DNA from: Eledone cirrhosa
Taxonomy: Eukaryota
Reading direction: 5' to 3'
NCBI GenBank assembly: GCA_964016885.1
Contig: OZ024741.1
Span: forward strand, 104,284,001 to 104,348,000
DNA: 64,000 bases
Shown here: positions 26,677 to 41,365 of the stretch, piece after piece
How positions within the stretch are numbered: position 1 is the first letter of the stretch
How the letters are laid out: each line of letters opens with the position of its first letter
Made by a program: the position numbers and the translations under genes
Notes under the pieces: model-generated
The model's input: only the letters and a program-made list of their open reading frames with translations
What the model was told of the DNA's origin: nothing
The model's database searches: none

Positions 26677-28622
26677 AGAGAAGGAGGACTGTTGCTCACA
26701 TCGTATCTGAGTATAAATACCTAGTTCAGACTCATTAAACAGGATGGAAACATGATATAATAGGAGAAGTGATCAAGGTCAGCCCCATCTTCATAGAAGC
26801 ACTAGATACTACCTCGAAGAGTTTCCAATGCTGGTTAAAGAACATTATTCCAGTCCCACCCCAAGGGCGGTGGATTGGCAGTATCGGTAGAGAGTCGGAC
26901 GCCATGCTTTCCAGCATAATTACGTCCCTTTACGGTCTGAGTTCAAACCACGCCGAGGTTTACTTTGCCTTTCATCCTTACGGGGTCGATAAAATAAAGT
27001 ACCAGTAATGCACTGGGTAATTGCTGACCTTGTGCCTAAAGTAGAAACAATTATTCCAGTCCCTTTTTTGGAACACTCCAAACAGCATGCCTACTGGGAA
27101 CAGCAAGGACCCTCCGATACGTCTTGAATATCTGAGGCTACAGGTAGTAGCTTGATGCTCATCAGGGCTAATTTTCCGGTTAAATAATATCAATGACTGA
27201 GATAGCAAATTCATAATGATAATAATGGTTTCTGATTTAGGCACAAGGCCAGCAATTTTATATCGACCCCGGTACATTACTGGTACTATATTTTATCAAC
27301 CCCGTAAGGATGAAAGACAAAGCTAACATCGGCGAGATTTGTACTCAGAACGTAAATATATATAACAATAGAAAACAATAACAAATTCCAACAAGGACAA
27401 GTTCCTCAATAAGGAGGACTGCACTTTGGGGTAATTCTTGGGAGAAACCCCACTAAAATTCTTGGATTGCCCTGGTGACTCGTGGACATTGAAAGTGCCC
27501 TCTTCTGGTTTCCTTCCTCCTACTTAGAAACAACATTATTTCTTCATTCCCGCCGAGGTTAACTTTGCCTTTCATCACTACGAGGTCGATAAAATAAAGT
27601 ACCAGTAATGTACTGGGTATTTGCTGGCCTTGTGCCAAACGTAGAAACAATTATTTCTTTATTAGCCACACAGGGCTCACACCAAGAAAACATTAAAGAA
27701 GGACAATAATAATAATAATAATAATAATTGTTTCTACTTTTTGCACAAGGCCAGCAATTATCCCAGTGTATTACTGGTACTTTATTTTATCGACCCCGTA
27801 AGGATGAAAGGCAAAGTTAACCTCGGCGGGATTTGAACTCAGAATAGCAATAGAATAATAATAATAATAATAATGATTTCTACTATAGGCACAAGGCCAG
27901 CATTTTGGGGCGATGGGAAAGTCGATTAAATCGACCCCAGTGCATTACTGGTGCTTTATTTCATCAATCCCGTAAGGATAAAAGGCCAAGCTAACCTCAG
28001 CGGGATTTGAAACTATAATAATAATAATGATTTCATTTATTGATCACAAGGGTCGACATATAGAGTACAATTCAAAGACAGGGACAGTGGGGTTTACAAT
28101 TAAATTGAGTGAAAATACACAATAGCAAACCAAATTTTACAATGAAAAAATATAAAGATAAAATATAAATATAAAAATATAAAAATATAACAACATAAAT
28201 TTCCGAATAGGGTGGGTGGGTGGGGTGGGGGTGGGGGTGAACCACCCAGAGTCGACTCAGGTACCCCATCAATCTTGAAACGCCCGACGCTTCGAGGGCA
28301 CTCGGGAAGGGCATACCTCTCTTCTTCAAGTTAACCAGCCTATAGACACATGCTTAGAGTAGGCCCGGTAATAATAATTGTTTCTACTTTTGGCACAAGG
28401 TTAGCAATTACTCAGTACATTACTGGTACTTTATTTTATCGACCCCGTAAGGATGAAAGGCAAAGTTGACCTCGGCGGGATTTGAATTCAGAATGGAAAG
28501 GGCCGTAACTCTATGCGTCAAAGCATGGTGTGTGACCCTCTACCGAATCTGTCAATCCAATAATAATTGTTTCTACTGTTAGGCACAAGGCTCGCAATTA
28601 CTCAGTGCATTACTGGTACTTT
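24740..28622. mobile_element. Dense cluster of ~10 OK-like SINEs, mostly minus strand, interleaved with LINE tails
   Basis: Repeated cccagtgcattactggtactttattttatcgaccccgtaaggatgaaaggcaaagttaacctcggcgggatttgaactcagaa with (AAT)n tails; a plus-strand copy lies at ~26873-27052. Confidence 0.85.
25620..26505 (-). mobile_element. Tx1/L1-like LINE 3' part
   Basis: MDNFQKSLDWQYYRDALPVRDKLYR..TFPRC, LRVGLIRLSTES, VAKEVLWSTWLKGL..FFKFHL; shorter tails occur at ~28020-28370 and ~28630-29020. Confidence 0.85.
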
Positions 28623-29291
28623 ATAATATAATATGTTTCCTTTATTAACCACGAGGGTTGATATAAAGTATAACACGAAGGACAGCACAGGACGGTAAAA
28701 GACGGTACAAATGGGCATGTCTGCGTATAAAGAAAAAAACAAAACAAACAAACAAAAGAAATGACAAAAAAAAAAGAGAAACAAAGGAAAATTCTCCAAT
28801 AGGGGGGAGACTTCCGGGGGACAGTCGTGTAGAAAGCCCATTAAAAAAACCACGGTGACCCTGACCACCAAGGCAAGTGCCCTCTCCCAGTTTTCCACCT
28901 TCAATTTACAGGCGCACACTCAGAGCAGGTCCATTCACTCGGACCATGCTTGTCTCTTTCAACAAATTGCTGATAAGAGAGTACTTCCTTCTCCACCCTG
29001 ATTTTCCTTTTCAAATGAAATTTAATTTATAATTAAAATAATATAATGATATAATAACTTCGGAACTTACATTGCGCTTCTGATGCGAGACATCTTGCTG
29101 ACGCTTGGAGTTTGTAATTCTGTAATTCTGTAAATGAGTGTGTTAGTATGTGGATGGGTGTGTCCATGTGTATGCACGCGTGGGTGGGTTTACTTTTAGA
29201 GAAGTTAGAAAAACTCCAACATCTGTGATCGGTAGGAAGCAGGTAAACAACCTATGTATATATATATACTCATTTGGTGTCGTTCTATGTT

Positions 29292-29379
<88 letters not shown>

Positions 29380-29385
29380 GGTATG

Positions 29386-29438
<53 letters not shown>

Positions 29439-29473
29439 TTATGTATGGGTATGTATGTGTATATATATGTGTG

Positions 29474-29505
<32 letters not shown>

Positions 29506-29997
29506 CTTACAGCGGGTGTCGTTGTACAGAGGAACGGTAAATAAAATCCAACCTATCTTCCGAGTGCTTTCTAGTAAATCTAAACCTATATGAGTTGCCT
29601 TTACTTAAACCTGTTTTCAGTTGTTGTTGTTGTTACTGCTGCTGTTGTTTTTATTGTTCTTACTGCTGTTGTTGTTGCTATTGTTATTGTTGTTGTTTAT
29701 ATTTATGTTGTTGATGCAGCTGTTGTTGTTGTTGTTGTTGTGATTATTGATGTTGTTGCTGCTATTGTTGTTGCTATTATTGTTGTTATTGCCGTTGTTA
29801 TTGTTGTTATTGCCGTTGTTATTGTTGTTGTTGCTGCTTTTAATTAACTCATCAACTATGTTGGGAGAAAGTAGTTTATAAACATGGAAAAGTCACATGA
29901 TTTTACAGTGAGTATCTGTGTGGGGGATATTCTTGTAAATGTATGAGTGTATGTATGTTTGTGTGTATATACATATATGTATGTATATATGTATGTT

Positions 29998-31222
<1,225 letters not shown>

Positions 31223-31425
31223 GTCCTCGGATACGTCTCGATTCTACGAAGCAGATTTTCCTATAGGAAAATCTGCTTCGTAGAATCGTGACGTATCCGA
31301 GGACCGCGCGATTTCAGAGTCAGGTTTGATCACCACATCGATCGTGGCTCCAGCTGGTCGCCCGAGAAACAATTGTAATATATCCAATAAATTCCTTTCA
31401 TCGCAACACGGATTCTCTTTTTTCT
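31223..31425 (+). mobile_element. PLE pseudo-LTR fragment: 82-bp spacer-less palindrome (31223-31304) overlapping a long-stem-II HHR (31290-31384, core CCGAGGA)
   Basis: Palindrome centred on cctatagg with one mismatch; homologous to 10970-11130. Confidence 0.8.
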
Positions 31426-31716
31426 GTGATATATATATATATATATAAACGGAAAAAATGAAAAGAAATTTCATTTCTCACTCTTAGTACGGCTGTTACT
31501 TAAATATAAGTATGTATACGTACATACATATATGTATACAGACGTACAGTAGTATGTATATATATATACATACATGCACACATATATATATATGTACGTA
31601 TGGATTCACCGAACATTTATTATAATGCTCGGTGTGTTTGTAAACAAACATCCCGAATTTAGCCGTACAGTGTCTAGCAACCATCGTTGCTCATTTGTTC
31701 AACATTGACAAAGGAA

Positions 31717-31757
31717 CGCTGTAGTAGTTTCAAGCTTATTAGCTATCGTCAGCAACG
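31717..31757 (-). ncRNA. Minimal type I hammerhead ribozyme (slightly decayed)
   Basis: Reverse complement reads cgttg CTGACGA tagct(aata)agctt GAAA ctac TA cagcg. Confidence 0.72.
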
Positions 31758-31949
31758 TATACCTTCCTGCCAGATGATTGAACGTCTGAAAGTATATACT
31801 TTCCTTATGCATATTAACGGCTGAGCAGCCTAATTTGCATATCGCGTGTGTTAATCGGCCGGGGTACCGAAAACGATAAACGGAAAAAATGAAAAGAAAT
31901 TTCATTTCTCACTCTTAGTACGGCTGTTACTTAAATATATGTATGTATA

Positions 31950-34224
31950 TGTAGCAGGAGTTGCCTCCCTTGTTGTGACACTCACATCACCAATAGATTA
32001 ACGCTCTCTAGACAGGAAGTAGAACCCTTTCTGTAACTTCCGGTCAGACCCTATAAAACGAATAACTTTCAGCTCCCTAGCTCTCATTTGCCTTTTCGGC
32101 TCCTGGCCTTCGGCCAGGCGTCTTCGGCCAGGCGCGTTCGCCTGGCGACCAAACGGTAACTAATAACTTTGCTTCATTCTTTCATCTATTCATTGACATG
32201 TCAACTATACTGTTCTATATATCCACAAATTGTTGATTAAATATTATACACACAAACTACGTCTCATGTTATACTAATACACACCAAAATTTTGTTGTTA
32301 TATTCATACACACTAGTATTATGTAATAAGTGGTGTTTCCCCAATAAAGAAAAAAAATAGCAGAATCTGGTGTTGTGTGAGTAACATTACGAATACGCAG
32401 CAAATTTTATTGACAAACTATGAAAATACGCAGACACAGAAACGAACATACGCACATGTGAAATTCTCATTCAGACAGACTCTTTTCCTCTCACGCATCA
32501 ACTAACTGTCGCATTTCACTGTATATATATATATATATGTTTTTCGTTTCTTTCTTACAACGAACACTTTAAAAACAAACAAAAAAAAAAGAAAAAAAGA
32601 AATTTGATTTTTTTTTTTTTTAAACATTTCAACATGAACATTTATTTTCGATGAATCTCAACTATTGCTTTTTTTCATCGTTTTCTTCATCGTTCACAAA
32701 AAAAAAAAATTGAACTCGCCATATTTGTTATACTAAGTGAAGCCTTTCTTTCTTTTTCATCATATTGTCACTTTCACACACACACATTTTTTCAAAATGG
32801 CTGCCAATGACTTGTTGCACTATCATTTTCTCGCGCAATAGAAATTTTTTTTTTTTCAACTTAACCTTGTATTGGCACGTGTAGGCAGCACAATTCTCGA
32901 TTCACGGAGATAACCACACACCATAAGATAACGTTTCTCGCCAAGGATTCTCCAGCCTTAAGCTATATTCTCCTATTTGCCGGTTTAAAAATTTACCACG
33001 TAAATTTGCCGTTGAAAACTGCGCATTTATTCAGAATGCTTATTTCTTTGGTCACTGGCCTCTTGACCCTTCCAGGTCAACGCATTCTCAACATCGACTA
33101 TCAACTTCGGCTGTTATTTCTAGCACTTTGCGCAACTCATTTTTTCTGAAAACATTTTTTACTGTGAATTTAAACATCGAATACGCTCACTCCGCGAGAC
33201 AACAACATCAACAGCAACACAGCTTCATCAACAACCCAAACCAGCAGAACAAGCCAGAGAACTTATTTTTGCAGCACTCTTCCTGTGAGAAAATCCATTC
33301 GGAGGTTGGAAATTTCACGTTATACCACAGAACAGAAACCACCTGCATTCATTCTCTGGAACACACTTTCTTTCCTGCTATCATGTGATTGCACACTTGT
33401 GAACTGTATTTTAAACTTTGAGCTCTTCTCTTACTTTGATTGCATTGTATCTTTGGGTGATGGATAGACAGATGTCCAGTCGTTCTCTGGCCAAGAGCGG
33501 TTGGCTACCTTGATATCTATCATTGATTTTTGCAAACATTATTTTTTTTCGTAATTTTCATGCCTGTTACAACATTCTCGCCAACTTACTACATACATAT
33601 TTCATTCGATTTTTATATTTTAAAAATCTGGCGGGAGATAATGTAGCAGGAGTTGCCTCCCTTGTTGTGACACTCACATCACCAATAGATTAACGCTCTC
33701 TAGATAGGAAGTAGAACCCTTTCTGTAACTTCCGGTCAGACCCTATAAAACGAATAACTTTCAGCTCCCTAGCACTCATTTGCCTTTTCGGCTCCTGGCC
33801 TTCGGCCAGGCGCGTTCGCCTAGCGACCAAACTATAACTAATAACTTTGCTTCATTCTTTCATCTATTCATTGACATGTCAACTATACTGTTCTATATAT
33901 CCACAAATTGTTGATTAAATATTATACACACAAACCACGTCTCATGTTATACTAATACACACCAAAATGTTGTTATTATATTCATACACACTAGTATTAT
34001 GTTATAAGTGGTGACCCCGGAAAAAGAGAAAAGAAGTGGATACAGACAAGACAAGACGTTTTTACAGGCTCTCGTCACGAAAAACCAGTCTGCCATTTAT
34101 TCTCACCTTCCTGGCTGATCGCTGACTCCTGCAATACGCCGAAACTTTACGCCGAAACCACCATACCAACAGTTTCATCCATCCATCCACTTGTCGTTAC
34201 AACCACACATAATATTCCGTTACA
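31950..34224 (+). mobile_element. Non-autonomous LTR retroelement copy 1 (LTRs 31950-32328 and 33642-34006) with an extra 3' segment; TSD TATA
   Basis: Near-identical LTRs starting TGTAGC; PPT ctggcgggagataa; PBS-like TGGTG at 32331 and TGGTGACCCCG at 34009; TATA at 31946-31949 and 34225-34228, confirmed by the empty site at ~31515. Confidence 0.92.
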
Positions 34225-34460
34225 TATACGTACATACATATATGTATACAGACGTACAGTAGTATGTATATATATATACATACATGCACACATATATATA
34301 TATGTATGTATGGATTCACCGAACATTCATTATAATGCTCGGTGTGTTTGTAAACAAACATCCCGAATTAAGCCGTACAGTGTCTAGCAACCATCGTTGC
34401 TCATTTTTTCAACACTGACAAAGGAACGTCTGTATACATATATGTATGTACGTATACATA

Positions 34461-34634
<174 letters not shown>

Positions 34635-34829
34635 GGAGAGATGGTTTCTAATATAGAAACAAGACTCTTTCATTGGAATTCAGACATCAACTAGCTAAAT
34701 ACAGATGTCTGTATATATTTGTTTGTATTTGTGTGCGCGCATAAGTATGCTGTGTTGATTTGTATGTTTTGAGTTACATGTTTAAATTTTGGAATGTTTT
34801 ACACGTTTTTACAATTCCATTTATGGACT

Positions 34830-37800
34830 GTATTTGTAACTCCGTAAATTTTATTTTTGTAACGTGAAGCAGATTAATTAGGTGCTCTTTCTGGTTTTGT
34901 GAAACCAAGCTTCTCAAGATTTGTACTGGGGCAATTAGTAACATATGCCAGAGCCCTAATAATCACAGGTACAGATCTAATGGTTTAATCAAGATGGCGT
35001 GTCTGTAGACTTCTCATTAGTTCAGCATGAACGTTCTCATTTTCGTTAATCTTAAGCATTACATTAACAACTGCTGGGCAGCTGGTATGTATGTATGTAT
35101 GTATGTATGTATGTATGTATGTATGTATGTATGTATGTATGTATGTATGTATGTTATCTCTTTCTCTTAATTTCGAGTATATTTTTTTGACCGGCCACCT
35201 TCCTGGTGGCAAGGTTGTAAAAGAAAAGAAATTGTCATCCCTTGAATCGCAAGAATGTTTTGCAAATTTTGAAGGTGCCAGCTATCGCAGCCATTTGTAG
35301 ACTATGAATTAGGGTGCTGCGCTCTTTGTCCGCAAATACAAGTTCAGTCATACTTTGGTCCAAACGGGTTGGTATATAACCCGTAGCTCCAATAATGATG
35401 GGTATGAAGCTAAAGGTGTGTAGCGGTTGTCTCCCTTGTTTTGATTGGGATCTAGACGGGAGGTGGAACCCTTTCTGCGACTTCCGGTCAGAGCCCTATA
35501 AAACTAACAACTTTAAGCTTCCTCTCTCTCTTTGCCTTTTCGGCACCAGGTCAAGAGTCTTCTCATTTGGCTCTGCCATTAATTTGGCCAACAGGCGCCT
35601 GGCCTTAGCCAGGCGCCCTCTGCCAGCCGCGTTTGCCTGGCAATCAAAACGGTAACTACTAACTTTGTTTCATTCTAACATCTATCTTTGACATGTCAAG
35701 TATTCTATCTACCGTTAATTAAATATTATATACACAAACATTGTCTCGTTTTGTTACATTCATACAACCCAGAATGCTCGCTATATTGGTAACCCTGACG
35801 TGATACGAACACGCAGCCGCTCATCGCTATAAGTGGTCACCCCCCAAAAAAAGAAAAAAATAGCACATCTGGTTTTGTGAGTAACATTACGAATACACAG
35901 CAAATTTAGCGACAAACTATGAAAATACTCAAGGACACGCACACACGCACATGTGGAATTCGCACAGACATACTTTTTCTCTCACGCATCAATTAACTGT
36001 CGCATTTCACCAATATATATATATATATGTTTCTCGTTTCTTACAACGAACACTTTCAAAACAAAAAAAAACATTTCACGATATATATATATGTTTCTCG
36101 TTTCTTACAACGAACACTTTCAAAACAAAAAAAAACATTTCACGATATATATATATGTTTCTCGTTTCTTACAACGAACTCTTTCAAAACACAAAAAAAA
36201 AAAAAGAAATTTGATATTCTTTAAAAAACATTTCAACAGGAACATTTATTTTCGATGAACCATTGCCTTTTGTTCATCGTTCAAGTTTTTTGTTTTTTTC
36301 CAAAGTTCACACCTATAATTATGCTGATTGAAGCCTTTCTTTTTCATCATTGTCACTTTCAAAATTGCACTATCATTTTCTCGCGCGTTAGAAATATTTT
36401 TTTTCAACCTTGTATTGGCACGTGTAGGCAGCATAAATTCTCGATTCACTGAGATGTCTCTACTCACAGACAGCCGCACGCCAGAGATAGCATTTCTCCC
36501 CCAAGGATTCTTCAGCCTTAAGCTATATTCTTCTATTTGCCGGTTTATAAATTTACAATGTAAATTTACCGTTGATAACCGCGCATTTATTGGGAATGCT
36601 TATTTCTCTGGTCGCTGGCCTCTTGACCCTTCCAGGTCAACGCATTCTCAACATCGACCATCAACTTCGGCTGCTATTTCTAGCACTTTGCGCAACTCAT
36701 TTTTTTCTAAAAAAAAATTTTTTTACTGTGAATTTAAACACCGAATACGCTCACTCAGCGAGACAACAGCAGCAGCAACAGCAATATAACAGCAACAGCA
36801 ATACATCAATACAGCTTCACCAAAGCCAGAGAATTCATTTTTGCAGCACTCTTCCTGTGAAAAAATCCATTCGGAGGTTGGAAATTTCACGATATACCAC
36901 AGAACAGAAACCACCTGCATTCATTCTCTGGAACACTTTCTTTCCTGCTGTCATGTGATTGCACACCTGTGAACTATATTTTGAACTTTGAGCTCTTCTA
37001 TTACTTTTACTTTATTACATTGTATCTTTGGGTGATGGATAGATGGATGTCCAGTCGTTCTCTGGCCAAGAGCGGTTGGCTACCTTGATATCTATCATTG
37101 ATTTTTCCAAACATTCTTTTGTCGTAATTTTCATGCCTGTTACAACATTCTCGCCAACTTGCTACATATTTTCATTTCGATTTTTATACACTAAAATTCT
37201 GGCGGGAGGTTATGTAGCGGTTGTCTCCCTTGTTTTGATTGGGATCTAGACGGGAGGTAGAACCCTTTCTGCGACTTCCGGTCAGAGCCCTATAAAACTA
37301 ACAACTTTAAGCTTCCTCTCTCTCTTTGCCTTTTCGGCACCAGGTCAAGAGTCTTCTCATTTGGCTCTGCCATTAATTTGGCCAACAGGCGCCTGGCCTT
37401 AGCCAGGCGCCCTCTGCCAGCCGCGTTTGCCTGGCAATCAAAACGGTAACTACTAACTTTGTTTCATTCTAACATCTATCTTTGACATGTCAAGTATTCT
37501 ATCTACCGTTAATTAAATATTATATACACAAACAATGTCTCGTTTTGTTACATTCATACACCCAGTATCCTCGCTATAGGTGTATCTTGGATACTGGATT
37601 TGCAAACTCCCCATCAATGGTCCGTAGATGTCCTCCTTCTACTGTATTTTTCTGACAACGTTTACCACAAGTGGACAGCTGATCTCCACAACAGAACACG
37701 TTTTCAATGTGTGGTCCCAAACAACAATATCAGGCCGGTTGTGCTTTAATTTGATGGCAGTTTTTATTTTCAAGTTACACCAGTATTCCTAAGTGCCATC

Positions 37801-37987
37801 TGTCTCAATATATCCTTCCTCGTTTGTTGTTAATTTTGTTTTCCGAAGTGCGTTCCAGATGGTTCTAGATATCCCATCGTGTCTCATGGGGAGGTAGAAG
37901 CGAGATGACATTCTTTCGCAGCTGGCAACAATGTGGTTTACATCCTCGATCTTTGTTTTACATAGCCTACATTTATTGTCAGCTGAG
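34830..37987 (-). mobile_element. RLE-type (R4/Dong-like) non-LTR 3' ends in (TACA)n, split by LTR copy 2
   Basis: CRLCKTKIEDVNHIVASC..RHD, HNRPDIVVW..VEISCP. The frame QYPRYT|FSFIPIIIGATGYIP rejoins after removing the insert, with a stop at 35235. A second related tail lies at 34830-35085. Confidence 0.85.
35419..37578 (+). mobile_element. Non-autonomous LTR retroelement copy 2 (LTRs 35419-35785 and 37213-37578); TSD GGTG
   Basis: Near-identical ~367-bp LTRs TGTAGCG...CGCTATA; tRNA-Trp PBS; PPT ctggcgggaggtta; GGTG at 35415-35418 and 37579-37582; internal 64-bp x3 repeat at ~36010-36195. Confidence 0.95.
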
Positions 37988-38542
37988 TATGCAAGCATAC
38001 ATGTATGCAAGCATACATGTATGCATGTATATATATTTGTATGTATGTGTGTGTGTATGAATGTGAGTGTATGTATATGTGTGTATGCATGCCTGCATGC
38101 ATGTATATATATATGTATGAATGTATGTATGTGTGGATGTATGTATGTATATATGTATGTATGGTTGTATGTATGTATATATGTATATATGTATGTATGT
38201 ATGTATGTTTGTATGTATGTGTGCATGTATGTATGCATGTTTGTATGCATGTGTGTTGTGTATTTATATATTTATTAATGTATGTATGATAGTTTATGTA
38301 AGGTGTAAACGTGTGTGTGTCGTTGTCAATTATGTATGAATTCGATGCCGGCTTCATATTTGCATATTTCTTCGCAAACTCGTGCTTGTATATACATAAT
38401 ACGCACACACACATACACACGCGCACACACTGAGTCACAGAAACAGGCCAGGACACGTGTATCTGAATGTAAGTGTATGTATGAATTTATGCATGTATGT
38501 GTGCGTATAGGTATATATTATGTATGCATGTATGCATATACA

Positions 38543-38618
<76 letters not shown>

Positions 38619-38902
38619 ACACACACACATATATATATACACGCATATACATATATACATACACACACATAAACATACAATGTACGTATGGGTTATATCG
38701 AACATTAATAATTCTAATGATATATATATATATATATACATATATATAAGTTTTAATATAGAAGAGCTTCTACAGGACAAGAACTGTTTCATTCGTGAGA
38801 AATCATAGTCCTGTAGAATCTCATCTATATTAAAACTGTTATACTCTGCTATGCATTGAGTACCTTACTTACTGTGGTTATCTCCGATTCAACCCGGAAT
38901 AA

Positions 38903-38974
<72 letters not shown>

Positions 38975-39036
38975 TAGATAGCTTCTACAGGACTAGAACT
39001 GTTTCATTCGAGGGAAATCATATATATATATATATA

Positions 39037-39237
<201 letters not shown>

Positions 39238-40997
39238 AATTAGGTTAGTATATCATGTTCCGTTTTCTCTACCATTCGCTGAAGAAGCCGTCGAGAAAAG
39301 CAATAATTGGTTTGTTTGCTTAATTAATTGCCATTAAATATCGAAATATGATCTGAAGTAGGTGTGGTCTCATATCTGTGGTGAATATATTATATGAAGC
39401 ATATTACAATTCGATAGCTTCTTAGATCGATCACCAATCATAGAGTTACATATTTTTATTTGTGTCATATTGCGTATGTATGTATGTAAGTATGTGTGTA
39501 AGTATTGTGTATGTGTGTATGTATGTGTGTATGCGTGTAAGTACGTGTGTATGTGTGTCCGGGAGAGATGACCCCTTAGCCTTTGTCAAGGCAGAATTCT
39601 AGGAGAAGGAAAACTCTGATATAACACCTGCAACTCTGATGGTATCCAATGATGTTGACTTGTTCTTCTTTTTGGTAAATATCATCTTGGTTAAGAGAGT
39701 GGGACTGGCTTTGTGCAGTGCCTTTGCTCACTATAAAAGCTTCACGGTACAGGCATTGCTTTATATCTGGAGATCTCTCTGCACTTGTCGTCACATGGTA
39801 CCATGGGCCCAGCACTATGTGTCAATAATTGTCACAAGTGTAGTGTTTGTTCCAGAGTTTTCAAGTCGCTGGTTGGGCTAAAAAGTCACACTCGTTCAGC
39901 GCATCGGTAGGAGTTCTCCTATATGGATATAAAGTAGTGGCCGTACTCGAAAACGAGTTGGCAGCCACAATGTATGTATGTATGTATGTATGTATGTATG
40001 TATGTATGTATGTATGTATCTATTTGTTAGTATGCATGTATCTATGTATGTGTGTGTGTATGTATGTTTGTATGTATGTTTGTATGTATGCATGTATGTA
40101 TGTGTGTATGTTTGTATGTGTGTATGTATGTATGTGTGTGAACAGGCTTAGAAACCTGATTGTAAGTTGTTTAACATATAATGTATCGATCTTTCTCTAT
40201 CACGGATCCCTGTGTTGTTGTTGTTATTGTTGTTGATATTGTTATTTAATCACAGGTCAACTCTTATTGAGCACACCTATCCTATGATTATAGCGCTCTC
40301 ACTTCTGACAATCTTGTCTTCCTTTTTTTACCTAGAGACAGTTTACTTAGGAACACATTATGAAATGTATGCCTCTTTTTAAAAGACAGCGCACTATAAT
40401 TTTAGTAAAAATTTCACTGCTATTTCTAGCAAGTCGATCGAATGAATAAAGGCGTCTTCTTTGAATATTTCAACACCTTGACGTGTGTGTATATATATAT
40501 ATGTGTGTGTGTGTGTGTCTATGTGCATATGCATATATTTATATGTATGAGTATATAAATATAAACGCACAAACGCAGACACACTTACAAAATACACACT
40601 CACAGACATACATTCACACAAATATGCATACATTCATACAAACACACATACATTCATACAAACACACACACAATACATTTACACAAACACACACACACAC
40701 ATACACATACACATTCACTCACTCATAGCGTAGCAAAGGGAACGGCAGCCGCTGTTTTGCAAGAGGTTTTCATCATTCCCTTCCTTCCTTTTACACACAC
40801 ATACATTCACACAAATACCCACACATACTCAGACATTGTGATGGACGGTCGGAAGTCGCTCAGATTTATATAGAGATTATCCATATTATTGCCAGGAAAC
40901 GCATAACTGACCTCAGTCGGATTTGAAAACAGAACAATAAAAAATAAAACAAGCATCTCATCAGTTTCTCTACCATTTGACCTGAAACCTCTACACC

Positions 40998-41330
40998 AAG
41001 AATCTCAAACTCTAGGACTCAAAAGGTCCGTTACAGCTTTGGGGAGAAGCACAGCAGACCAAAAGTTAGATTAGATGGAGGAGGAAGTGCTTTCCACCAG
41101 TTATAATTCTAATCTAAATAGAGCTGATAAACTGCTATTTATTATTTTCCCATCACAATGAATACGCATATGATAATAAACGGGATATGTGAATTAGTAC
41201 AAAATGTAAGAGGTCAAATTTTCCGTTTCAAATTTTTCTTTATTAGTCATAAAACTTGTTTTTCTGCTTGCCATAATAATGTAGTTTGCAAAGTACATGC
41301 GGCCCGTGAGTCGTGTGTTTGAGGGCCCTG
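40998..41330. mobile_element. Old hAT-type MITE
   Basis: Ends caagaatctcaaac / gtttgagggccctg, subterminal gcggcccg, and imperfect 8-bp flanks ctctacac/atctacag. Confidence 0.55.
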
Positions 41331-41365
41331 ATCTACAGAGACATTCAATTTGCTGCAAAAGTGCT

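Larger units (their letters stand above)
31445..34432 (-). mobile_element. ORF-less ~431-bp partial-tandem HHR element (retrozyme-like), interrupted by an LTR insertion
   Basis: 31445-31721 is repeated at 31876-31949 + 34229-34432, with an HHR at 31717-31757 between the copies. Confidence 0.75.

Noticed and set aside
35787-35818. tRNA-Trp gene
   Set aside because: Only the 3' 32 nt are present and they include CCA, so it is a primer copy, not a gene
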